Shown: positions 53,963-63,241, counted from the stretch's first letter. The stretch: DNA of 64,000 nucleotides from Acidobacteriota bacterium (GCA_029557535.1 JAKQII010000069.1:2861-66860); one strand, 5' to 3'. Notes: a model not told the origin generated them from the sequence alone. Program-made: numbers and translations.

Positions 53963-54978
53963 TCTGAATCCGGCCCGACGGCCTGTTTGAGAAGAGCGTT
54001 CAGGACCTCTGCCTGATCGAACTCAAGCCCGTTGACCGCGACCACGCATTCGACCTTCAGATTCACGCCCTTGAGCTTGACGGCATCCTTGCCCGTCGTG
54101 ATCAGCAGGTCCGCACCTGCGGCACGCGCTCCTCGTTGGATCGCATCAGCGTCGTCCTTCGAGTAGAAGTGATGGTCGCCGAAAGTACGCGTCCCGACCG
54201 TCGCGAACCCTTCGGAACGAAGCTGATCAAAGAAATTCGAAGGATTTCCGATCGCGCAAAAGGCATAAAGACTGCGCCCCGAAGGCCGTTCGACAGGTTC
54301 GCCGGCGATCGAAATAAACCGATCGAACTGGTTTCGCGAGCAAATAACCGGGCACTCGGCGTAGTCCCTTATCTCAGTTTTGATCTCCGCGATTCGCGAC
54401 TGATCAACGAGATTGGACCTCGTAATGACGATCAGATCGGCTCGCCGGAGTTCTTCAAGCGGCTCTCGCAGAATCCCAAAGGGCAGCGTTTTGCGATTGC
54501 CGAAGGGGTTGGTTGCGTCCACAAGAACGATGTCGAGGTCGCGCCTGGCGCGAAAATGCTGAAACGCGTCGTCGAGGACAAAGACCGTCGGCGAAAATCG
54601 AGCGCGCGCCCAGGCGGCGGCGGCAACGCGGTCGCGATCCGCGATCACGGCTGCCTTTCCGATCAACCGTTCGGCCAGTTCCGTCGGTTCGTCGCCGGCG
54701 GACTTCGGATCAGCCAGGACAGTCTCGCCATCGGACACAAGCACCCGATCTTTGGGATTTTCTCTTTTGTAGCCGCGCGAGATCACGCAGACCTTTTCGC
54801 CCTCTTCGGCCAAAAATGCCGCAACGTACGCCACCATCGGGGTCTTTCCGGTGCCGCCGACGGTGATGTTTCCGACGCTGATCGTCGGCGCCCCGAGCGA
54901 ATGGGAACTATACACGCCCTGCTCGAAAAGCGATCTTCTGAAAGCCGTGAGTCTTGCGTAAATCGCGCTGAAGGGCAT
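53947..54978 (-). CDS. lpxK: tetraacyldisaccharide 4'-kinase
   Basis: ISVGNITVGGTGKTPMVAYVA P-loop context. The ATG at 54978 was chosen; the longer ORF-track form runs into the repeat element. Confidence 0.9.
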   Translation of the reverse strand: MPFSAIYARLTAFRRSLFEQGVYSSHSLGAPTISVGNITVGGTGKTPMVAYVAAFLAEEGEKVCVISRGYKRENPKDRVLVSDGETVLADPKSAGDEPTELAERLIGKAAVIADRDRVAAAAWARARFSPTVFVLDDAFQHFRARRDLDIVLVDATNPFGNRKTLPFGILREPLEELRRADLIVITRSNLVDQSRIAEIKTEIRDYAECPVICSRNQFDRFISIAGEPVERPSGRSLYAFCAIGNPSNFFDQLRSEGFATVGTRTFGDHHFYSKDDADAIQRGARAAGADLLITTGKDAVKLKGVNLKVECVVAVNGLEFDQAEVLNALLKQAVGPDSDQSPS

Positions 54979-55100
54979 ATTCCGATTTTGGATCTGCGAA
55001 TACGGATTTGGATTGCTCGATTCGCGAACACCCGCTCTCATATCGTAAATCGCAAATCGAAATACGGCTACCTCGGTATGTAAAATTGAAGAACCTGGCA

Positions 55101-55595
55101 GCCTGTCGGAGAAATGCATCTAGTTCGGAACTCGCCGCAGGTCCGGAGAAACTCGTTCTAAGCCCCGCAGGGGCGCAGAAACGATAACCCCAGGCGAAGC
55201 CTGTGGGAGACGGCGAGAACCGCATCCAAGCCCCGCAGTGGCGCAGCAAATCCGAACTCTTGAGATCAATTACCGCTCGTCAAAATCGACCTTGTTGCAG
55301 ATCAACAACTCACAATATTCAAGGACGCGCTCGGCAGTCGATTCGCTGACCGGGAACGCACCGTGACGCCCGGCCCAGGCGAATTGCCGGTCACAGGCTC
55401 CTTGCTTAGTGAGTCGAGTCGCTCCGGTGAAGATTACAAGGTCGCTGCGCCCCCTGCGGGGCTGAAATCGTCTTGTGCGATTTGTCCCGAGGCTTGCTTC
55501 GCTCCGCCAGGGGTTACCGCCACGGCGCCCCTTGCGGGGCTTAGAACGAGTTTTTTTCGAGCCTAGTTCCGAACTACGGCATTTCTCCGACAGGC
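55101..55595. repeat. MITE-like element: ~150-nt imperfect inverted arms (identical 17-nt termini GCCTGTCGGAGAAATGC) around a ~190-bp core
   Basis: The left arm (55101-55247) and the reverse complement of the right arm (55441-55595) share blocks by eye: GCCTGTCGGAGAAATGC, TAGTTCGGAACT, AAACTCGTTCTAAGCCCCGCA(A)GGGGCGC, ATAACCCC, and AGCCCCGCAG(G/T)GGCGCAGC. The arms are chains of small hairpins such as GCCCC-GCA-GGGGC. Confidence 0.8.
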
Positions 55596-55597
55596 TC

Positions 55598-55646
55598 CAA
55601 GATTCAAGAATCGATGACCATTCTGAATCTCGAATTTTGAATCTTG
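55598..55646 (-). terminator. hairpin of TTGAATT-type words immediately after the trpD stop (terminator-like)
   Basis: CAAGATTCAAGAATCGA (55598-55614) is complementary to TCGAATTTTGAATCTTG (55630-55646). Confidence 0.5.
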
Positions 55647-55655
55647 AACCACAAA

Positions 55656-56732
55656 CTATCTCTTGTTCGTCGCCTGGACAAGCCGGTCAAGTTTGCTCTG
55701 CGCCTGGCCGCTGTCGATCGATTGCTCGGCGAGACGCGCTGCGTGAACCGGATCCTTTGCGATCCCGCCGATAAGGAGCGCGGCTGCGGCGTTGATGATC
55801 ACCAGCGAGCGCGCCTCGTCGCGTCGCTTGCTGCTAAGGATGTCGCGAATGATCGCGGCGCTATCGTCAACCGCCGAAACACGAAGATGATCCGTCTTCC
55901 CGGTTCCGACTTTGAAATCCGAAGGCGAGATCTGAAACTCGCGCAGCTTTTTGCCCTTGACCTCGACGACCGACGTCGGGCCGGTGAGAGTGATCTCGTC
56001 GAGCCCGTCGGAGCCATGCACGACCCACGACATCTCCGTTCCCAAGACCGAAAGCGACTGGCCGATCAAACGCGCCAACGACGGGTGCCAAACGCCGATC
56101 AGCCTTTTTTGCGGGTTGGCGGGATTGGCGAGCACGCCGAGAAGATTCAGCGTCGTTCTGATCCCGAGGGCGCGCCGGACATCTCCGACGCGACGCAATG
56201 ACGGATGGAACTTGGGTCCGAACATGAAGCAGATCCCGGCTCCGCTGAGGCTCGTCTGGGCGACCGACGGTTCGCTCGAGACCTTGACCCCGAGTTTGGC
56301 GAGCACATCCGCGCTGCCGGTTCGGCTTGCGACGGCCCGATTCCCGTGTTTTGCAACCGCAAGTCCGGCGCCGGCGGCGACGAAAGCGGCCGCGGTCGAT
56401 ACATTGAACGTTTTGGCCGCACTCGATCCGGTTCCCGTGATGTCGACGATGTTCTTGCGAGAGACGATCTTGACCGCCCGCTCGCGCATTCCGCGGGCCA
56501 TACCCGCGATCTCTTCGTGAGTCTCACCCTTGGACGCAAGCGCGACAAGGCAACCGGCGATTTGAACCGGATTCGCGTCGATCTCGGTCAAGGCACGGAA
56601 AAACCTTGTCGCGTCGTCGTACGACAGGTTCTCTCCGCGTGTCAGCCGGTTCAGAAACGGGAACAGTGGAGTATCGGCCTTGGCATTTGTCGGTCGGCCC
56701 GGAGCGTCGGCGAGCCATCCGGATTTCGGCAT
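55656..56732 (-). CDS. trpD: anthranilate phosphoribosyltransferase
   Basis: GETHEEIAGMARGMRE, VDITGTGSSAAKTFNVSTAAAFVAAGAG and VAKHGNRAVASRTGSADVL. The N-terminus is ~25 aa longer than usual, so the start is uncertain. Confidence 0.9.
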   Translation of the reverse strand: MPKSGWLADAPGRPTNAKADTPLFPFLNRLTRGENLSYDDATRFFRALTEIDANPVQIAGCLVALASKGETHEEIAGMARGMRERAVKIVSRKNIVDITGTGSSAAKTFNVSTAAAFVAAGAGLAVAKHGNRAVASRTGSADVLAKLGVKVSSEPSVAQTSLSGAGICFMFGPKFHPSLRRVGDVRRALGIRTTLNLLGVLANPANPQKRLIGVWHPSLARLIGQSLSVLGTEMSWVVHGSDGLDEITLTGPTSVVEVKGKKLREFQISPSDFKVGTGKTDHLRVSAVDDSAAIIRDILSSKRRDEARSLVIINAAAALLIGGIAKDPVHAARLAEQSIDSGQAQSKLDRLVQATNKR

Positions 56733-56831
56733 ACTAGAAGTTTACGCGGGAATGTCGAATCGGGGAAATACGATAGGAGAAACTTCGAAACGGGCGCAAC
56801 CGCCGAAGGCGTAGCGCTAATCTTTACTATC

Positions 56832-57398
56832 TCAAAGATTTAGAAAGTTCTGCAAGAGATTTTTACCTTCTTTGGTAAGGATCGACTCAGGATGAAACTG
56901 AACGCCTTCGACAGGAAAAATGCGGTGACGGAGACCCATGATCAAGCCTTCCGGCGATGTCGCGGAGATCTCGAGGCAGTCGGGAAGTGTTTCCCGTTCG
57001 ACGACGAGCGAGTGGTAACGCGCTGCCCGGAATCGGTACGGCAGGTCGGCGAAAATAGTCTTTCCGTCGTGGCAGATCTCGACCGGTTTTCCGTGTACGG
57101 GTTCGGGGGCACGGATGACGCGACCACCGAATACCTGGCCGATCGCCTGATGACCGAGGCAGACGCCGAGAATCGGGACGCCTTCCGCGAGGTTTTTCAA
57201 CACATCGAGTGAGACGCCGGCATCATCTGGCGTTCCCGGCCCCGGCGAAATGACGATCTTCACTGGCCGGATGTCGCTGGCGATCTCGTCGAGCGTGACC
57301 TCGTCGTTGCGGCGAACCGTCATCGTCGCGCCAAGTTCTCCGAGAAACTGGACGAGGTTGTATGTGAACGAATCGTAGTTATCGATGACGAGCAGCAT
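56832..57398 (-). CDS. trpG: anthranilate synthase component II (glutamine amidotransferase, TrpG/PabA type)
   Basis: MLLVIDNYDSFTYNLVQFLGELG, GVCLGHQAIG (catalytic Cys) and GVQFHPESI. Confidence 0.92.
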   Translation of the reverse strand: MLLVIDNYDSFTYNLVQFLGELGATMTVRRNDEVTLDEIASDIRPVKIVISPGPGTPDDAGVSLDVLKNLAEGVPILGVCLGHQAIGQVFGGRVIRAPEPVHGKPVEICHDGKTIFADLPYRFRAARYHSLVVERETLPDCLEISATSPEGLIMGLRHRIFPVEGVQFHPESILTKEGKNLLQNFLNL

Positions 57399-57399
57399 C

Positions 57400-58218
57400 T
57401 TACTGAAGGAGTTCGATCGCTTCTTTGTTTTTCGCCTTCTTTGCCCGATCTAGGGCGGTCCTTCCGTCTTTGTCTTTTATCGACTTGTCGGCGCCTTTCT
57501 CGAGCAGCAGGCGAATGATCTCTTTCAGGTCCGACCGCGGCATTCTGGTGTTTTGCGCCGCATACATGAGGACCGTGGATCCGTCGCGCTCGGGGATATT
57601 GATGTTCCTGGTTTTCGAGAGAAGCAGTTTGACGACCTCGAGATCGGCCAACCGGGCCATCGCGTGTTCCGAGACCGGCACGGCACCGTCAGCGTCGGGC
57701 TTATCGGGATCCGCACCCTTCTCGATCAGTTTCTTGATCGGACCGATACGGTTTTGGAGAATCGCGACATAGAGTACGGTTTGGCCCTTGGTCGATCCGG
57801 CGGTTCCGGTGCTGTTCGGGTCGGCGCCGCTGTTAAGCAGGAAGTCGAAATTATCGGACTTCTGCTTCTTCAGCGCGACGAACAAAGGCATGTTGTCGGC
57901 ACCGTCCTTGAGATTCAGATCGGCCTTTGCGGCCAAAATTTTGACCGTCTCGACATTCGAATTCGCGGCCGCGAAAGTCATCGCGGTTTCGCCCTTTTCA
58001 TTGCGGACGTTCGGATCCATCCCGGCCTGCAGGAAGAGTGCGACATCCGAGGCCTCGCTTTGCTTCAGAGCCTTGAAGAACTCGTCTTGGGTGAAATTGA
58101 ATCCGCGCGCCTTGAGCAGGCTTTGCGCCATTTCCGGCGTGGTTTCAAGCGACCGTCCGCCGCACGCCGCCGAAAACGCTGCAAATATTGAACACGCAAG
58201 GATCAAACAACTTTTCAT
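57400..58218 (-). CDS. ankyrin-repeat protein with a signal peptide / lipobox-like N-terminus
   Basis: MKSCLILACSIFAAFSAACGG, followed by about six ANK-like repeats (e.g. GETAMTFAAANSNVETVKILAAKADLNLKD, GSTVLMYAAQN...LLLEKGADKSIKDKDGRTALDRA). Confidence 0.85.
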   Translation of the reverse strand: MKSCLILACSIFAAFSAACGGRSLETTPEMAQSLLKARGFNFTQDEFFKALKQSEASDVALFLQAGMDPNVRNEKGETAMTFAAANSNVETVKILAAKADLNLKDGADNMPLFVALKKQKSDNFDFLLNSGADPNSTGTAGSTKGQTVLYVAILQNRIGPIKKLIEKGADPDKPDADGAVPVSEHAMARLADLEVVKLLLSKTRNINIPERDGSTVLMYAAQNTRMPRSDLKEIIRLLLEKGADKSIKDKDGRTALDRAKKAKNKEAIELLQ

Positions 58219-59723
58219 GTAAGAGTCTCCTCGTCAAAATTCTCCGCCATATCGACCGCGCGAATCAAAGCGCGCGCCTTGTTTATCGTTTCTTCGTATT
58301 CCTTTTCCGGGACCGAATCGGCGACGACCCCGGCTCCGGCCTGGATCGATGCCGTCCCGTCCTTGAGCCGGATCGTCCGGATCGCGATGCATGTGTCGAG
58401 ATTGTCCGCGTAATCGATGTAACCGATCGCACCGGCGTAAACGCCGCGGCGATCGGGTTCGAGTTCGTCGATGATCTGCATCGCCCGCACTTTTGGCGCT
58501 CCGGAAACCGTTCCGGCGGGGAAACAGGCGGCGAGAGCGTCGAACCGGTCGCGGCCGTCAGCGAGGCGCGACTGAAGACTCGTCACCAGGTGCTGAACGT
58601 GCGAATACTTCTCGATCTTCATGAGTTCGGCGACTTCGACGGATCCAAAATCCGAGACCCTTCCGAGGTCGTTCCGACCGAGATCGACGAGCATCACGTG
58701 TTCCGAGATCTCCTTGATGTCGGATCGAAGATCCTCCGCCAGGATCCAATCCTCGGTCTCGGTCGCCCCGCGCGGCCGCGTACCCGCGATCGGGCGGTAC
58801 TCGACCTTTCGTCCGTGGCACCTAACCAGCATCTCGGGCGAGGCACCGATCAAGGTTTCGTCGCCGAGGTCGAGATAGAACATGTACGGCGACGGGTTCG
58901 TTGTCCGCAAGGCCCGGTAAATATCGACGGGCTCGGCCGATGTCGGTCGGCGAAACTTCTGCGAGAGAACCACTTGATACGCATTTCCGGCGAAAATATG
59001 ATCGCGGATCTTGCTCACCGCCGCCAGAAAATCGGGCTTCTTCCAGTTCGAGGTGAATTGCTTCGACGATTCAGACCCGGATCCCGAACGGGTCAGGTGC
59101 GGCCGCTCGCAAAGTTTTGCGGCGATGGATGCGGTCTGTTCGGCGGCCCGTTCGTAAAGTTCGTGCAATCGGTCGCGTTCACCGTTCGCCTCGTCCGTGA
59201 AAACGATCGCGACTATCTCGATGCGTTGGCGGAGCCGATCGAATACGAGCATATTGTCGAAAAACATCCAGACCGCATCGGTGCCGCTCGTCGGCTTGCC
59301 CGATAAGGCCGGCTCGAACCACCGCGCGGCATCATACGCAAAGAACCCGACGGCGCCGCCGCACAACGGTGGGAGTTTTTCGCGCCGTGCCAAACGAAAC
59401 CGTGAGAAATGATCCCGTAGGTATTCGACCGCGTTCTTTTCGGGAAAGGTCTTTGCCGATCCGTTCTTTTCGACCGTCGTTACGGAGTTTCTCGAACGAA
59501 GCGTCATGAACGGCTTCGACGCGAGAAACGAATATCGGGCAAGGCGTTCGCCGCCTTCGATCGATTCGAGCAGGAACGACTGCGGCTGTCCCGCCGCTAT
59601 TTGAAGGAACGCGCCGACGGGCGTTTGAAGATCCGCAAGGACGCTTCGGACGACCGGTACGACGTTACCCTTAGCGCACTCGGCGAGAAAGTCGTCGAAG
59701 TTGTTCGGAGAGATCGCGACCAT
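58215..59723 (-). CDS. trpE: anthranilate synthase component I
   Basis: Chorismate-binding blocks SPEMLVR, GTVSGAPKVRAMQIIDELE and GAIGYIDYADNLDTCIAIRT. Confidence 0.92.
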   Translation of the reverse strand: MVAISPNNFDDFLAECAKGNVVPVVRSVLADLQTPVGAFLQIAAGQPQSFLLESIEGGERLARYSFLASKPFMTLRSRNSVTTVEKNGSAKTFPEKNAVEYLRDHFSRFRLARREKLPPLCGGAVGFFAYDAARWFEPALSGKPTSGTDAVWMFFDNMLVFDRLRQRIEIVAIVFTDEANGERDRLHELYERAAEQTASIAAKLCERPHLTRSGSGSESSKQFTSNWKKPDFLAAVSKIRDHIFAGNAYQVVLSQKFRRPTSAEPVDIYRALRTTNPSPYMFYLDLGDETLIGASPEMLVRCHGRKVEYRPIAGTRPRGATETEDWILAEDLRSDIKEISEHVMLVDLGRNDLGRVSDFGSVEVAELMKIEKYSHVQHLVTSLQSRLADGRDRFDALAACFPAGTVSGAPKVRAMQIIDELEPDRRGVYAGAIGYIDYADNLDTCIAIRTIRLKDGTASIQAGAGVVADSVPEKEYEETINKARALIRAVDMAENFDEETLT

Positions 59724-59730
59724 CTGGATT

Positions 59731-60597
59731 CTACTGCGCGGGGGTGAAAATCTTTGGAGACTGGTATGTGACGCCGAACGTTATCCCCGTTCGCGGGCTG
59801 TTCTTGGTCAGACCGAAGATCGCTGCGGTGTCAAAGCGCAGGCCCGAGGCGCGGATCTGCGTCCCGATCCTGAACTGCCCGATGCTCTCGGTTCCGAGGG
59901 GCGCCGCGGAGCGTCTGGTGTTCATTCGGCCATTGACCTCGCTGACGATATTGATCCGGTCGTTGACCCTGAAAATTCCCGCGACACCGTAAAGGAAAAC
60001 GTCGTTCTGCGTGAAATTCGCAAGCGGCGCGGTCATGATGCCGAGTCCCGCGTTGCCGAAGATGTTTGCGAGGGCGCTGCCGTTCGGCCGTTTGCCGAAC
60101 CGCTTCTGAAGCAGGACCTTGGAAAAGATATTGATCTGGTTCGTGCCGATGCCCTTCGCCTGATCGGTGTTCGGGAGCTGGAACCCGAACTTCATTCCGA
60201 TCGCCGGAAGACCGTTGCGTTCGTTCCGCAATTTGATTTTGGCGGAGACGGTTATGTCGTCAAAGTCGCTGGTCGAGTTGCCGGCGACATTGAGCGGAAT
60301 CGGCGACGGGGACAACGCCGAATTGATCGCAAGGAAGTTTTGGATCGTCCCCTCGATCTGGATCTCGACGTTGGAGGCGAAACCCTGTCTGATGCGGATA
60401 TCGCCGACACGGGTCAGATCACCTTTGAGACCGGAAAGCGGCATTTTCACGTTTTGAAGAAAATCGACGCCGGCCGAGACCTCGATCGCGCCGGTCGCCG
60501 TGATGTCGACGTCTTCGGTCAGCAACGGGCGCTGCTGTGCAAACACCGCAACGGCGGCCAACGCTATCAAAATCGCTCCGGCTGCAAGTCGAATCAT
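59731..60597 (-). CDS. putative outer-membrane beta-barrel protein (hypothetical)
   Basis: Signal peptide MIRLAAGAILIALAAVAVFAQ and an alternating amphipathic beta-strand pattern. Its stop is 7 nt upstream of the trpE start. Confidence 0.5.
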   Translation of the reverse strand: MIRLAAGAILIALAAVAVFAQQRPLLTEDVDITATGAIEVSAGVDFLQNVKMPLSGLKGDLTRVGDIRIRQGFASNVEIQIEGTIQNFLAINSALSPSPIPLNVAGNSTSDFDDITVSAKIKLRNERNGLPAIGMKFGFQLPNTDQAKGIGTNQINIFSKVLLQKRFGKRPNGSALANIFGNAGLGIMTAPLANFTQNDVFLYGVAGIFRVNDRINIVSEVNGRMNTRRSAAPLGTESIGQFRIGTQIRASGLRFDTAAIFGLTKNSPRTGITFGVTYQSPKIFTPAQ

Positions 60598-60744
60598 CGA
60601 GTCTAATTCTGGCATTAACCGGTTGATTTGTAAATTGATTCGAATGTCTTGCCCGCGTTCCCGACCGGAGGTCACAAGTGGCGGTTTTGCAAAGTTTACA
60701 GTCCGGTATCGGGCAATCCGGCCCTTGATGCGCCGAACGCGAAA

Positions 60745-63186
60745 CTACGGACTGAACGCCGCCGGTACCGGAAAGTCACTCGCGATCCCGAACTCGGTCG
60801 CCGCGAATCCTTCCGACGAACGATCCAAGAACCAAGTGCCTGCGCGGAAGACGGCGCGGTCGGTGCGACCGTCGCCATCGTAATCTCCGGCAACGGGAAC
60901 GTCTCCCGCGAGCCCGAAATGAATCACGCTATAATTCTGAAATCCGACGAGCACATGCCAGTCGCCGTCGCGATAGACCCCGAGGTCGGCGCGTCCGTCG
61001 CCGTCAAAATCCCCCGGTACCGGCAAATCAGTATCGATCCCGAACTGGATCGCGGCGAATCCGAGGAGCGAGCGCTGCAAATACCAGATTCCATTGCGAT
61101 AAACCGCGAGGTCGGCGTGCCCGTCGCCGTCGTAATCGGATACGACGGCGCGGTCGCCGGCCAGTCCGAATTGCTCCTGCGAGGTCTCCGAGTTCGTCAG
61201 GTTGTAGCGATACCAGATTCCGTCACGGAACACCGAAGGTTCGGCGAGACCGTCGCCGTCGTAATCCGCCGGGACCGGAACGTCGCCCGCGAGTCCGAAA
61301 TTGAGTATCGACACGGCCGAGTCAGAACTGCGAAGAACGTACCAGACACCGCCGCGGAAAACCGCCATGTCGGTCCTGCCGTCCGCATCGTAGTCGGCCG
61401 GAACGAGCCGGTCCGTCGCGATCCCGAACTGCATTGACAAATAGCCGTCGTTCGAACGCAGGAGATGCCATGTTCCGTCCCTGAAGACCGAAATATCCGA
61501 TCGGCCGTCACCGTCAAAATCGAACTTCGCCGGCTGTGCGCCGGATTGCGAAATCCGCAGCGTCTGCGCGCCGATAGTTACGGTCGCGGTTCGGGATGTA
61601 CGTGCGGGATTCGGTGCGACCGTCAGTTGGGCAATTCCATTTCCCGACTGAGGGCCCGACGTGACGCTGATCCAGGTCGAACCCGTCGAGGCATGCCAAA
61701 TGCAGCCGGCGGACGCCGTCACAGCCACGCCGATATTTCCTCCGATCGCTCCGACCGTCAAGGCCGATTCCGAGATCGACGTCGGACAACCGGAAGCTTG
61801 CTGCGCTTGAAACGTCTTTGTCGTGATTCCGTCGGTAACGCTGATCAGTCCGGTCCGCGCGCCAAGCGAGTTCGCGCCGATCGCGTAGGTGATTGATCCC
61901 GTGCCCTCGCCGGTTCCGGTCGACGTCAGCGAGACGTAGGACGAGAGCGACGATGCCGTCCAGGCGCATCCTGCGGGTATGTCGACTTGAAATGCGCCGT
62001 CGCCGCCCGATGCCGGAAAACTCTGTGCGGTCGGCGCGAGATTGAAAAGACACGCGTTGGGCGAAAAAAGAATGTCAAGACTCCATCCGGAATCGATCGT
62101 TCCCGCGTTCGAACCGGCGTCATCCACAATGAACAGCCGCCAGATCCCGTTCGGGTTCGTCCCGACGAGGCTTCCGAGCGAGTTCGACGGCGCGTTTTGC
62201 GGCGCCGGCGCCGGGAATGGATCGCCCGGCTCGAAATCCGACGGCTTGAAAAATCCCCGTTGAACGGCTGCCGAGTCGGGGAGCGTTGCCGGCGCCGAAT
62301 CGTTGAACGTCAAATCGGCTCCGCTGACCGGGTTCGTCCCGCCGGCATCCGACATGAGAATTACCGCCCGTCCATTGGGCGCGACAAGCAGGATGTCGAG
62401 ATCGTCGGGCGAGGCATGTGTCAGTCCGCCAAGGTTGACCGAAACGCCGGTAACGAACCCTGAAATTCCGGCGACGTTGATCGGCGCCGGGTACGGACTC
62501 GCCGGTCCCGAGCCGCCGATCGTTATTGGCGTTTGATCCGAGCCGGCCGGTATCGCCTCGAGCGTTACCGAGTCGATCCACCAGCCGTCATTGCCGAAAC
62601 TCGCGTTCGTTCCGAGGATCCATCGAAATCTGACATATTGACCGAACGTTGATTTTGGGAGCCGAAGCGAACTCGAGGCGAATCCAACTTGCGTCGCTCC
62701 CGACCAAGCGCGCCGTCCCGAAAGAGGATTGGTTGAAAAGTTCAGGTCGTGCGTATAGCCGCCCGACAAAAAGACTCCGCCCGCATCGACGATGTCGTGC
62801 CACTCGCCGCCGGCCACGCTGATCTCAAGGACGCCGCCGTCGTAGGTAGTTTCCATCGCATATTTCTGCTTGAATCCGAGGACGCTGTTCGCGCCCGTCA
62901 CGAGCATCGACGGGGAAGTCAGCGTTGTGCTGCCGGTCGTGGGCGGACTGACCGAATGGACTGAATTCGGGGCGGAGTCCGCAAGATCGGTTGTGATCGC
63001 GAAGGTCGAGCCGGTCCCCGTGGACGTGACAGTCCACCCATCAGGGAAGGCCGGCGCAGTTACGGAATCAAAATTTTCGGAGTATCGAATCGACCCGACG
63101 TCGACCGCAGCGTCCGTTCCCAGGTAAGGAAAGAAGGTCGCCAGAACGAGAAGCGATAAGAGCGCGGCAAGAGACTTTCTCAGCAT
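60745..63186 (-). CDS. large secreted multidomain protein: N-terminal jelly-roll, proprotein-convertase P-domain-like, two BACON/Ig-like domains, six FG-GAP/VCBS repeats
   Basis: Signal peptide. P-domain-like block THASPDDLDILLVAPNGRAVILMSDAGG...NPNGIWRLFIVDDAGSNAGTIDSGWSL. Two C..W.AS-type modules. Six repeats of the type DYDGDGRTD.AVFR.G.W. Confidence 0.75.
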   Translation of the reverse strand: MLRKSLAALLSLLVLATFFPYLGTDAAVDVGSIRYSENFDSVTAPAFPDGWTVTSTGTGSTFAITTDLADSAPNSVHSVSPPTTGSTTLTSPSMLVTGANSVLGFKQKYAMETTYDGGVLEISVAGGEWHDIVDAGGVFLSGGYTHDLNFSTNPLSGRRAWSGATQVGFASSSLRLPKSTFGQYVRFRWILGTNASFGNDGWWIDSVTLEAIPAGSDQTPITIGGSGPASPYPAPINVAGISGFVTGVSVNLGGLTHASPDDLDILLVAPNGRAVILMSDAGGTNPVSGADLTFNDSAPATLPDSAAVQRGFFKPSDFEPGDPFPAPAPQNAPSNSLGSLVGTNPNGIWRLFIVDDAGSNAGTIDSGWSLDILFSPNACLFNLAPTAQSFPASGGDGAFQVDIPAGCAWTASSLSSYVSLTSTGTGEGTGSITYAIGANSLGARTGLISVTDGITTKTFQAQQASGCPTSISESALTVGAIGGNIGVAVTASAGCIWHASTGSTWISVTSGPQSGNGIAQLTVAPNPARTSRTATVTIGAQTLRISQSGAQPAKFDFDGDGRSDISVFRDGTWHLLRSNDGYLSMQFGIATDRLVPADYDADGRTDMAVFRGGVWYVLRSSDSAVSILNFGLAGDVPVPADYDGDGLAEPSVFRDGIWYRYNLTNSETSQEQFGLAGDRAVVSDYDGDGHADLAVYRNGIWYLQRSLLGFAAIQFGIDTDLPVPGDFDGDGRADLGVYRDGDWHVLVGFQNYSVIHFGLAGDVPVAGDYDGDGRTDRAVFRAGTWFLDRSSEGFAATEFGIASDFPVPAAFSP

Positions 63187-63241
63187 TTTTCGACGGAGCG
63201 TTCGGCAAAAACACGTTACGGTTAAAATGCCTTCGAGTCAA

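Noticed and set aside
53947-55119. Long N-terminal extensions in the ORF track for lpxK. The same applies to lepB (to 30484), yebC (from 26392), ruvC (from 27265), the DHFR-family gene (from 44296), the GT2 gene (from 47202) and the DUF167 gene (from 21104).
   Set aside because: The extensions translate repeat spacers or the preceding gene in another frame. Internal ATG/GTG starts restore canonical family N-termini (e.g. [17 protein letters not shown]) and give typical overlaps or short gaps with neighbouring genes.
54908-55774. Short ORFs (54908-55249 minus, 55363-55566 plus, 55475-55774 plus) with peptides such as CAPAGLRTSFSGP and APLAGLRTSFFRA.
   Set aside because: They read through the inverted arms of the MITE-like element. 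The same peptide-like strings arise on both strands because the arms are reverse complements, so they are artefacts of repeat structure and not genes.
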